Positions 16,496 through 25,024 of a stretch of DNA of 32,000 bases are shown one piece after another. The notes under the pieces are model-generated. The model was not told where the DNA came from and did no database searches. It saw only the letters and a program-made list of their open reading frames with translations. The position numbers were made by a program, and so were the translations under genes. This DNA comes from Candidatus Nanosynbacter lyticus (GTDB taxonomy: Bacteria > Patescibacteriota > Saccharimonadia > Saccharimonadales > Saccharimonadaceae). Each line of letters starts with the position of its first letter. Position 1 is the first letter of the stretch. The stretch lies in assembly GCF_000803625.1 (NCBI RefSeq), contig NZ_CP007496.1:60001-92000 (forward strand), read 5' to 3'.

Positions 16496-19456
16496 ATGAG
16501 AAGAAAATACTCATTGCCTAAGGTGGGCATGCTGGCAATAGTAGTAGCTTTAGTTGTTTCGGTAACGGCGTTTTTTGTCTACACATACGCAATTCCTAGT
16601 TCACCAGCTTGGACGATAACCGGTAAATCTTGGGTCACAAAACAATTTAACCCATCTGACACTAATAACTATGGATCTAACTGGACGGCGGCTCCAGGGC
16701 GATTAAAAAATGTAAAGCCGGGAGATACGGTTGACTGGTGGCACAGCCTTTTTGTGAGTGGTGGGACCACGAGTCAAGTTGTAACGGGTGTACAGCAGGA
16801 CGTATTTGATATCACTTCAAATCAACCGATAGATAATGATTTTAGCCTGGGTAGCAGAGGTGCTTGGCATAACGAAGATCCGCAGCAACACGGTATTATT
16901 ACCGACTGGAAGGGGTATGCTTGGAAGCGAATGAACAACCCGGCGGATTATCGAAACACTACAATGGAGACGCTTAACGGTAAAACTCGCCTGGAGGATC
17001 TTCATGGTGAACTTGGAAAAAATAAATTTATGCATACGCGGATTATCAGAAATGAAGACATGGGTAAGCGTATCTGCCAGAGAATCTACTGGAGTAAACA
17101 GAATTCTTCACCGACTGCAGGCTGGGGATATTCACCTTACGCTTGTGTCGAGGTGCCGTATAATTATGATATCGAGCCATCGGTTGGTATTAGTTCTGAT
17201 TATATTGATACAAAAAACGTTACCAGTATTGAGGGTATAAATGCCGGACTGAATAATAAGGGAACAGAGAAGTCCCAGGGGTCTTCGTATGCGTTGGCTC
17301 GGTTTGTAGCTAGAGGCACAGAAGTCTCCAGTATGGCTGGCGTTAATGCTGTTTCGTTGCCAGGTGGAACTGTTCATGACTGGTCCTGCGCGGTTGTGCG
17401 ATTGATTAAGGAAAAGCATAGAGAACTTAATATTGATAACGGAACATGTAAGGAAATTGTTGCTAATGGCGGTAAGAACCAGATTCCTACCGGCCAGACA
17501 TCAATTGCCACAAACGCAACCGACAATTTGAGCGGGGTAAACCTAAATGCGAATGATAACTTATGCTATGTGGCAATGGTTAGTAATTATAATGGCTCGG
17601 CACCGTCTACAGATTTTAGATACGCGATTAAATGTATTAGGACCTCCAATAAGCCAAAAGTTCAGGTTTGGGGTGGTGATGTTAAAACTGACAAGGAGGT
17701 GATTACTAGTAAGACGTCCAACACCATACTTCAAGCAGATAGCCATAACATATTGGATAAGTCGGCTATACGGTCAATGGGTCTTTGGGCTACGGGCTTT
17801 GATGGCGATGGTAATATTCTTGGTGGTACAGTTAATTTTAGTCCTGGTGAATATAAGTATAAGGGAGGAGATGGGACTGATGCTCACTGGTCATTAATCT
17901 GTTCGCAGGATTCTTTTGGAGGTAATGGTAATCAGCGGGCTTATAGGTATAATAAGGTTTCGGGTAAATCTGAACCGACTGATTTACCAAATTGTCATAA
18001 TGATGCAAGTAATTTGACTGATGAATATCAAGCTAGGACGGCGGTGACAGCACAGTGGCAGTTGCCCGGATCGGCAGATCAGATAAGTGATGGCTGGATT
18101 CCTTGTTCTGATATACCAAATAAAGATTTGGTTGGAGATACGCGTATTATTACATATTCTCCTTTTTGTCGCAGGGGTGTTTGGCGCTCTTCGTCTAAAG
18201 CGAAGTGGATTAGTATAAATAGTTTTGGTCGCCATACCCACTCAGACTCAAAGCCGGATCCAAGTGTTACATCTGGTTGTTTAAATGCTGTAGGACCCTC
18301 AATCTTAAACTGCGGAAACACATACGTATTTAGACTAAAAAATGTGAAATTGGACGACTTAAAGAACGCTAAAAAATTGCAATTTAAGTTCTCGGGTGCA
18401 GCAGACAACTTTGTTCGAGCAAAAATTAATGGTCACGAAATGGATGTTAAAGGAAATGAAAATGGCGCCAGACCAGAGGGGACACAGTACGCAGGATGGG
18501 GACTTCCGGGATTTCTTGAGAACTCAGCGTTTACGGCTGATATTAAACCAGGCACTGTTCTGTATAGCAATGGAAATTTTATTGATGTCTATGTAAAATC
18601 TAGCCCGTCGCACGTAGGTCTGTTGATTGAGGATATATCGGTGTCTTATACGATGGATCGGGTCTATCAGAATATGTATGGATCTTGGGCGGAATATGGA
18701 ATTATTTCTGGCGGAAGGGCGGATTCAGCTTCGGGTGCCGGCCTGTCGTCGTCTTTTAATGGCCGCGACAACTTAACAATGCGAGATTATAATAAATTGA
18801 CTTTTGCTAACACGCCGAAGTTTGGCAATTTTAGCGCAACTAGCTCTGTTCCAGATAACTTCACCCTGCCGTCTGTTGGTGGCGTAAAAGGTAGTGTCTC
18901 AGGTAATGTGAATATTAACAGTTTAGCTACGGGTGAATACACTGCCGGTAACATTAATTTAGTTGGCACTAAATTGGATGCAGGTAAGAGTATAGTTATA
19001 AAATCTACTGGTACGGTTAGGATTTCAGGAGATTTGCTGTATAGCGATTCGGGAAATGTTCGTTCATTGCCACAATTGGTAATTTATGCGAAGAATATTG
19101 TGATAGACCCTTCAGTTGGGGAGGTGAATGCTTGGCTAATTACTCCGAAAGATGGATATGTTAGCACTTGTGGCGCTGTATTTAATATGACCAATTGGTT
19201 AAGTAATGTGTCCGAAGCTTTATGTGGAAAGAAGCTAAGAATTAACGGTCCGATTAAGGCTGGCCACTTATTCTTACGCCGAACATATGGAGGAAGGCAC
19301 GCCTCCTCGGCGAAGAATGACCCGAATATGCACCCAGGAACTCCAGCCGAAATTATTAACTTGCGGGCCGATGCTTATCTTTGGTCCTACAACAACTACC
19401 GCAATACCGGTGCAATTAGCACTATGAATGTTCGTGAATTGCCGCCAAGGTATTAA
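16496..19456 (+). CDS. Large membrane-anchored or secreted Cys-paired surface protein of unknown function (986 aa)
   Basis: Basic N-terminus plus a single hydrophobic span (KVGMLAIVVALVVSVTAFFVY). I count 14 Cys, arranged as seven sequence-adjacent pairs. The protein is Trp/Asn/Gly-rich, with a central lectin-like segment and a C-terminal beta-strand-repeat region. It lies immediately upstream of pilM. Confidence 0.75.
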   Translation: MRRKYSLPKVGMLAIVVALVVSVTAFFVYTYAIPSSPAWTITGKSWVTKQFNPSDTNNYGSNWTAAPGRLKNVKPGDTVDWWHSLFVSGGTTSQVVTGVQQDVFDITSNQPIDNDFSLGSRGAWHNEDPQQHGIITDWKGYAWKRMNNPADYRNTTMETLNGKTRLEDLHGELGKNKFMHTRIIRNEDMGKRICQRIYWSKQNSSPTAGWGYSPYACVEVPYNYDIEPSVGISSDYIDTKNVTSIEGINAGLNNKGTEKSQGSSYALARFVARGTEVSSMAGVNAVSLPGGTVHDWSCAVVRLIKEKHRELNIDNGTCKEIVANGGKNQIPTGQTSIATNATDNLSGVNLNANDNLCYVAMVSNYNGSAPSTDFRYAIKCIRTSNKPKVQVWGGDVKTDKEVITSKTSNTILQADSHNILDKSAIRSMGLWATGFDGDGNILGGTVNFSPGEYKYKGGDGTDAHWSLICSQDSFGGNGNQRAYRYNKVSGKSEPTDLPNCHNDASNLTDEYQARTAVTAQWQLPGSADQISDGWIPCSDIPNKDLVGDTRIITYSPFCRRGVWRSSSKAKWISINSFGRHTHSDSKPDPSVTSGCLNAVGPSILNCGNTYVFRLKNVKLDDLKNAKKLQFKFSGAADNFVRAKINGHEMDVKGNENGARPEGTQYAGWGLPGFLENSAFTADIKPGTVLYSNGNFIDVYVKSSPSHVGLLIEDISVSYTMDRVYQNMYGSWAEYGIISGGRADSASGAGLSSSFNGRDNLTMRDYNKLTFANTPKFGNFSATSSVPDNFTLPSVGGVKGSVSGNVNINSLATGEYTAGNINLVGTKLDAGKSIVIKSTGTVRISGDLLYSDSGNVRSLPQLVIYAKNIVIDPSVGEVNAWLITPKDGYVSTCGAVFNMTNWLSNVSEALCGKKLRINGPIKAGHLFLRRTYGGRHASSAKNDPNMHPGTPAEIINLRADAYLWSYNNYRNTGAISTMNVRELPPRY

Positions 19457-19460
19457 AAGT

Positions 19461-19489
19461 TTGCAAATTAAAACGCTAATGTATATAAT
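19461..19489 (+). promoter_or_regulatory. pilM operon promoter (TTGCAA, 17-nt spacer, TATAAT); ATG 11 nt after the -10, no SD
   Basis: TTGCAA at 19461-19466, TATAAT at 19484-19489, ATG at 19501. Confidence 0.55.
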
Positions 19490-19500
19490 TATTATTAGTT

Positions 19501-20547
19501 ATGAAATTAGCAAAAGGGTTGGGCGACTTCTTCGGACTAGACATCGACACAAATGCTGTGCGAGTGGTTCAGTTGTCTCGTGCTGGCACGGGATGGAGTT
19601 TGTCTCATTATGGTTACACGCCAGTTGATTCTAAGATATCAAGTGGTGATTCTCCCGAGGCGCGGCGACGTCTAGGGGAGGCAATTATGACTGCCGTCGG
19701 TCAGGCTGGTATTAAGACGTCTAATGTGGCCGTTGGATTGCCGTCAAATAAAACGTTTTCGACTGTGATTGACGTGCCAAAAGTTTCTGAGCAGGAACTA
19801 AAGGCGATGATGAAATATCAGGTTGACCAGTATATACCGATGCCGTTAGACGAAGCAGAAGTTGACTGGGTAATGTTGGGTGATAGTCTTCATGCTCAGA
19901 ATCAATATGAAATTTTGCTGACAAGTACAGCAAAAACTTACGCAGAAGAAAGGCTAGAGTTGGTTGAGGGGCTTGGCTTTAATGTGATAGCCGAGGAACC
20001 AAACGCTATTGCTATGGCTCGTTCTCTGCTGGTTTCTGATTCTCAGGATGCTCGCTTAATTATTAACGTGGGTGAAAATTCGACAGATTTAGCAGTGGTA
20101 TATAATGGTGCGCCAAGGTTGATTCGTATGATTCCAACTGGACTCTCATCATTGGTCCGCGCAGCTGTTCAGAATTTAAACGTACAAGAAGATCAGGCTC
20201 GTCAGTTTATTCTTAAATTTGGTTTGGCTCCAGATAAATTAGACGGCCAAGTGTTAAGGGCAATTGATTCGACTTTGGATAGTTTTTCCTCAGAGCTGGT
20301 TAAATCTATTAAGTTTTTCCAGACTAGGTATCCTAATGTAGCGGTTTCTGGTATTTTACTGTCTGGTTTTGGCTCGGCTATTCCGCAGATGGATAGTTAT
20401 GTAATGAATAAGGCTGGCATCCAGTCAATTACCGCCGACCCTTGGCAGCGAGTTCAGGTGTCTCAGACTGATCAGCAACAATTGGCGCCGATTGCCTCAG
20501 AATTTGCTATTGCTGTTGGTTTAGCACAGAGGAGTAACATGTCATGA
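19501..20547 (+). CDS. pilM: Type IV pilus assembly protein PilM (actin-like ATPase fold)
   Basis: The GLDIDTNAVRVVQL N-terminus and overall length and pattern are typical of PilM. It is followed by pilN with an ATGA overlap. Confidence 0.85.
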   Translation: MKLAKGLGDFFGLDIDTNAVRVVQLSRAGTGWSLSHYGYTPVDSKISSGDSPEARRRLGEAIMTAVGQAGIKTSNVAVGLPSNKTFSTVIDVPKVSEQELKAMMKYQVDQYIPMPLDEAEVDWVMLGDSLHAQNQYEILLTSTAKTYAEERLELVEGLGFNVIAEEPNAIAMARSLLVSDSQDARLIINVGENSTDLAVVYNGAPRLIRMIPTGLSSLVRAAVQNLNVQEDQARQFILKFGLAPDKLDGQVLRAIDSTLDSFSSELVKSIKFFQTRYPNVAVSGILLSGFGSAIPQMDSYVMNKAGIQSITADPWQRVQVSQTDQQQLAPIASEFAIAVGLAQRSNMS

Positions 20548-21281
20548 TTGAAATAAACCTTATTCCGAATGTTAAGCGAGAGTTGTTGAAAACTCGAGCA
20601 ATGCGCAATCGCGTTATCTCTGTATCGTTTTTGATAGGTGGGGCTTCAATTGCAGCAGTGGTTGTTCTGGCGGTAATTTTAGGTGGACAAATTGCAGCCG
20701 AAGCGGTGCAGAATAGCGGCATTAAAGATCGAAATGATAAGCTTATGTCTGTGGAGGATCTTAATAAGGTTGTAACAATCCAAAATCAGCTTTCAAAGAT
20801 TAACGAGCAGCATGCTGGTAAGAAAATTAATTCGAGGGTGTTTGATGTAGTTTCAGCTGTAAATCCAGTAGCGCCTAATAATGTTAGCTTTTCAAATATA
20901 AAGATTAGTCCAGAGTCTAAGACTATCACCTTAGAAGGTAGCGCTGTTAATGGTTATAGTGCTTTGGAGACCTTAAAGAAGACTATTCTAAGCACTAAAA
21001 TCCGAACAACTGATGGAGATAAAACTTCTGAAGTGGAATTAACCAAAGATATAAAAGATGGCGATACTAGTTTTGGTGAAAACTCAGAAGGTAAAAAAGT
21101 TTTGCAGTTCTCGTTCTCATTTGAGTACACTGAACAATTATTAGCGCCAGCACCAAATGGTACGGTTTCAGTTATAACGCCAACAACTAAAATTGATATG
21201 ACTGATTCACGCCAAGGTATTCCGGATAGTTTGTTTAAGAGTAATTCGGTAAAACAGGAGAAAAATAATGGCAGCCGATAA
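20544..21281 (+). CDS. pilN: Type IV pilus assembly protein PilN-like
   Basis: MIEINLIPN.. N-terminus followed by a TM segment (ISVSFLIGGASIAAVVVLAVIL). Positioned after pilM. Confidence 0.7.
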   Translation: MIEINLIPNVKRELLKTRAMRNRVISVSFLIGGASIAAVVVLAVILGGQIAAEAVQNSGIKDRNDKLMSVEDLNKVVTIQNQLSKINEQHAGKKINSRVFDVVSAVNPVAPNNVSFSNIKISPESKTITLEGSAVNGYSALETLKKTILSTKIRTTDGDKTSEVELTKDIKDGDTSFGENSEGKKVLQFSFSFEYTEQLLAPAPNGTVSVITPTTKIDMTDSRQGIPDSLFKSNSVKQEKNNGSR

Positions 21282-21936
21282 TAAAGGGGTGGCAATTCGC
21301 AAGCGCCAGCAGATTGATTCTTCAAAAAAGACAATGTTTATTTTTGTGGCAAGCGCAGCTTTCTTGGCGGGAATTGCACTGGTTGTCAGTATATTTCTGA
21401 TTCAGCAAATTGTTTTCCATTCAAAGATTATTATTGAGAAGCAGAGTACAATTTCTCGTTTAGATAAGAACTTAAAAACCATTGATGAATTAAAGAAAAA
21501 CATTAGGGTTTTAGACACAAACACAGCGCTTAACTCTATAAAATCAAGTGACGAGAGTAATGCGTTGCAGACTATTCTTGACGCCCTTCCAGATAATCCT
21601 AATGCTGACGCCTTTGGTGCTTCTTTGAAGAATAAGTTTATCGATACGACAACTGGTGTGACAATTCAGAGTCTGTCGGTGTCGCAAGCTGGTTCTGGTG
21701 GCGAGGGTTCTGAGTCTGCTCCGGCTAACACGGTATCGTTTACGATGGAAGTTAGCGGACCAGCTGATAGACTAAAGGAGCTATTAACTAAATTAGAGTC
21801 ATCAATTCGCGTGATTGATCTAAAGGCTTTAGAGATTCAGCGTAATGAAGATAAATTAAGCTTAGTAGTGCGGGGTGTTGCTTATTATCAGCCAGCGCAA
21901 ACAGTACAATTAGAAAATAAGGTGGTAAAGCCATGA
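21268..21936 (+). CDS. pilO: Type IV pilus assembly protein PilO-like
   Basis: Short cytoplasmic N-terminus, a TM segment, a coiled-coil-like stretch, and a C-terminal pattern (FTMEVSGPADRLKELLTKLES..RVIDLKALEI) like the PilO ferredoxin-like domain. Synteny supports the call. Confidence 0.6.
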   Translation: MAADNKGVAIRKRQQIDSSKKTMFIFVASAAFLAGIALVVSIFLIQQIVFHSKIIIEKQSTISRLDKNLKTIDELKKNIRVLDTNTALNSIKSSDESNALQTILDALPDNPNADAFGASLKNKFIDTTTGVTIQSLSVSQAGSGGEGSESAPANTVSFTMEVSGPADRLKELLTKLESSIRVIDLKALEIQRNEDKLSLVVRGVAYYQPAQTVQLENKVVKP

Positions 21937-22163
21937 AGAAAACAGACATAGCTATGGTGATATTGATTGCAGGCGTGGGTGTAGCTATCGGCTATATTGT
22001 CGCCTCTAATATATCATTTTTAAAGGTTCCAAAATCTGGAGCAAAGGTCCAAACTATTAGAGAAATATCATCTGATGTTGAAAAACCAAACCCAGCAATT
22101 TTCAATAAGAATGCGATAAATCCAACTGTTGAGGTGTTTGTGGGTCAAAATGCGGCCAAATAG
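21933..22163 (+). CDS. Small single-TM protein (76 aa) in the position occupied by PilP in diderm loci
   Basis: ATGA overlap with pilO, SD aaggtgg, N-terminal TM segment (IAMVILIAGVGVAIGYIVA). I recognise no family. Confidence 0.45.
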   Translation: MKKTDIAMVILIAGVGVAIGYIVASNISFLKVPKSGAKVQTIREISSDVEKPNPAIFNKNAINPTVEVFVGQNAAK

Positions 22164-22177
22164 AGAAAGGACGTAGG

Positions 22178-23938
22178 ATGGCTTTACTGACGGACGATAT
22201 TCAGGACAAATTGATTGAGCTGCTGATAAACGAAGGACTTATTGAGAAGTCTGTTATTGATGACGCCTTAAAACGTGCTTCTGAGAATAATAAGCCACTG
22301 TTTAGCTTGCTGAGCGAAGAGGGGCTGCTTGATAATGAGCTTTTAGTCCATGGCGTGGCTCAGGTTTCGGGTGTGCCATATGTTAACTTGTCTAATAGTG
22401 TTATTAGTCAGGATATTTTATCTCTGTTGTCTTCTGATGTTGCTGAACGTTTTATGGCGGTGCCTCTAGCAGAAGTTCAAAACCGTCTAGCAGTGGCGAT
22501 GATTGACGCCAATAATGTCCAGGCGGTTGACTATCTGTCGAATCGTATTCAGCGACCAATTAAAGTCTTTATGGCCTCAGAAGAGAGTGTACGTCACGTC
22601 CTTGATCAATATAAAACTGATTTATCATCTGTTAATGTGGCAGCTGAAGCGTCCCAAGAAGAATCTCTGTCGGAAGCTGGCAATATTAAAACTATTGTTC
22701 AGGATTCGCCCATTTCACGGGCATTATCGACTATTTTGGAATATGCTGTAAGAAGCCATGCTTCGGATGTTCATATTGAGCCATTAGAAAAAGCCTTGAA
22801 AATTCGTTGTCGGGTTGATGGTGTTTTGCGCGAGATTATGCAACTACCAAAAAGTATTGAGCCGGCTTTGGTGAGTCGTATTAAAATTCTTTCCAACCTA
22901 AAAATTGACGAACATCGTATGCCACAGGATGGTCAATTTGCGGTTAATGTTGCGGGTAAGGAAGTTGACTTGCGTATTGCTATTTCTCCGGTTGTTTGGG
23001 GTGAACAGGTGGTTGTTCGTTTGTTAGACAAGAGTGGGAGCTCTTTTAATCTGGAAGATATGGGTTATGCTGGGCGCGCTCTACGGACAATTCGCAAGGG
23101 AATTAAGCGTCCTAATGGTATGATTCTGACATCTGGTCCAACTGGCTCTGGTAAGTCCACCAGCTTATATGCGTTAATTAAAGAAATTAAGAATGATACT
23201 GTTAATATTGTGACGCTTGAGGATCCGGTTGAGTATAAGATGGACGGAGTGAACCAAATTCAGGTTAACGCGGAAGTTGGATTAACGTTTGCTTCTGGAC
23301 TTCGCTCGATTTTGCGTCAAGATCCAGACATCGTGATGGTGGGTGAGATCCGCGACAACGAGACAGCCAATCTAGCGATTCAAGCAGCGTTAACGGGGCA
23401 TCTGGTGTTCTCGACGCTGCACACTAATTCTGCCGCCGGCGTGTTGCCGCGATTGCTCGACATGGGGATTGAGCCGTTTCTTATTGCCAGTACAGTCAAT
23501 ACGATTATTGGGCAGCGTCTAGTTAGGCGAGTGGCACGTCGGCGTGATATATATCAATCGTCACCTCTGGAAACACAGGCAATTCGGGAGGCGGTTGGTG
23601 GATTATTGCCTCAGACAAAAGAGCAGGTTGCCCAGTTTGCACAAGATTTGGGCTATGAAAGTCTGCCGCTGGCAACGCAGACCTCATTTGCCTTAGCAAG
23701 GGGTAAGGATACGCCTCAAACTCCGCGCGGTTACTCTGGTCGAGCCGGTCTATATGAAGTGATGGATATTACTGAGGAAATTCAGAATTTAATCGTTAAG
23801 CGTGCTACGTCAGCTGAAATCCAGCGAATGGCGATTCAGCAAGGCATGATTACGATGCGCCAGGATGGATACCTGAAGGCGTTAAACGGAATAACGACAA
23901 TAGAAGAAGTTAATAGAGTAGCGGCGGATACCGCGTAA
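22178..23938 (+). CDS. pilB: Type IV pilus extension ATPase PilB (GspE family)
   Basis: T2SSE N-terminal domain, Walker A (SGPTGSGKST), Asp box and Walker B (DPDIVMVGEIRD), His box (TGHLVFSTLHTN). The protein has a single Cys, so the tetracysteine Zn motif is absent. Confidence 0.95.
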   Translation: MALLTDDIQDKLIELLINEGLIEKSVIDDALKRASENNKPLFSLLSEEGLLDNELLVHGVAQVSGVPYVNLSNSVISQDILSLLSSDVAERFMAVPLAEVQNRLAVAMIDANNVQAVDYLSNRIQRPIKVFMASEESVRHVLDQYKTDLSSVNVAAEASQEESLSEAGNIKTIVQDSPISRALSTILEYAVRSHASDVHIEPLEKALKIRCRVDGVLREIMQLPKSIEPALVSRIKILSNLKIDEHRMPQDGQFAVNVAGKEVDLRIAISPVVWGEQVVVRLLDKSGSSFNLEDMGYAGRALRTIRKGIKRPNGMILTSGPTGSGKSTSLYALIKEIKNDTVNIVTLEDPVEYKMDGVNQIQVNAEVGLTFASGLRSILRQDPDIVMVGEIRDNETANLAIQAALTGHLVFSTLHTNSAAGVLPRLLDMGIEPFLIASTVNTIIGQRLVRRVARRRDIYQSSPLETQAIREAVGGLLPQTKEQVAQFAQDLGYESLPLATQTSFALARGKDTPQTPRGYSGRAGLYEVMDITEEIQNLIVKRATSAEIQRMAIQQGMITMRQDGYLKALNGITTIEEVNRVAADTA

Positions 23939-23950
23939 AAAGGAGGAAAT

Positions 23951-25021
23951 ATGAATAATCAAGAATTGCGAATTGAAATTTTACTAGAAGAGGTTGTTAA
24001 AAAACGCGCTTCTGACCTTCATATTCAAGTTGGGCTTCCGCCGATGCTTAGGATTGATGGCGCATTGGTGCCGGCGTCGGGCACTCAGCCACTTGATGAG
24101 CCAGCGGTTGAGCGACTGGTATTTCAGATACTTGATGAAGATCAGCGACAGATCTTACTGAAAGATAAAGAATTCGACTTTTCGTTTGCGTTTGGTACAC
24201 TGGGTCGATTCCGAGTAAACGCTTTTCATGAGCGCGGCAATTTGGCTGCGGCTCTGCGTCTGATCCCGAACGAGATTAAGTCGGCGTCTGAACTCGGTAT
24301 GCCACCGGTTGTAAATTCATTTGCTGATTTTCCACGCGGTTTAGTGTTAGTGACTGGTCCAACCGGCTCTGGTAAGTCGACGACCTTGGCAGCATTGGTT
24401 GATAAAATCAACTCTGAGCGCTCACAGCATATCATTACAATTGAAGATCCGATTGAGTTTACGCATAAATCAAAGAAGTCGGTGGTGGTCCAGCGTGAAG
24501 TTCACTACGATACTTACTCATTTTCAGCAGCGTTACGATCCAGCTTACGTCAGGATCCAGATGTTGTGCTGATCGGTGAGATGCGTGACCTGGAGACTAT
24601 TTCAGCAGCCATTACTATCGCTGAAACTGGACACTTGGTATTTGCAACTCTACACACCAACTCAGCAGCACAGTCAATTGACCGTATGATTGACGTGTTC
24701 CCGCCGCATCAGCAGCCACAAATTCGGGCTCAGCTATCAAACATTTTGATGGCTATCTGTTCGCAGCGTTTGGTGCCGGCTATCGGGGGTGGTCGTGTAG
24801 TTGCGGCAGAAGTTTTGATTGCCAATCCAGCAGTGCGTAATATTATTCGCGAAGGTAAATCACATCAGCTAGACGCGGTTATTCAGACCGGTGCCGATCA
24901 AGGAATGCAGACGATGGACCGAACGCTGGTCAACCTGGTGCAGAATGGTACGATTACGTACGATAATGCGCGTGAGTTTGCGGTTGACTTGACGGAATTT
25001 GAGAGGCTAATGAGGGGGTAG
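23951..25021 (+). CDS. pilT: Type IV pilus retraction ATPase PilT
   Basis: ASDLHI, GPTGSGKSTT, DPDVVLIGEMRD, TGHLVFATLHTN, and the PilT-specific AVRNIIREGK motif. Confidence 0.95.
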   Translation: MNNQELRIEILLEEVVKKRASDLHIQVGLPPMLRIDGALVPASGTQPLDEPAVERLVFQILDEDQRQILLKDKEFDFSFAFGTLGRFRVNAFHERGNLAAALRLIPNEIKSASELGMPPVVNSFADFPRGLVLVTGPTGSGKSTTLAALVDKINSERSQHIITIEDPIEFTHKSKKSVVVQREVHYDTYSFSAALRSSLRQDPDVVLIGEMRDLETISAAITIAETGHLVFATLHTNSAAQSIDRMIDVFPPHQQPQIRAQLSNILMAICSQRLVPAIGGGRVVAAEVLIANPAVRNIIREGKSHQLDAVIQTGADQGMQTMDRTLVNLVQNGTITYDNAREFAVDLTEFERLMRG

Positions 25022-25024
25022 TAG

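Noticed and set aside
16496-19456. Diversity-generating retroelement target, or phase-variable gene, for the 986-aa surface protein
   Set aside because: The window contains no reverse transcriptase and no template/variable repeat pair. The gene and its promoter contain no long homopolymer or short tandem repeat.
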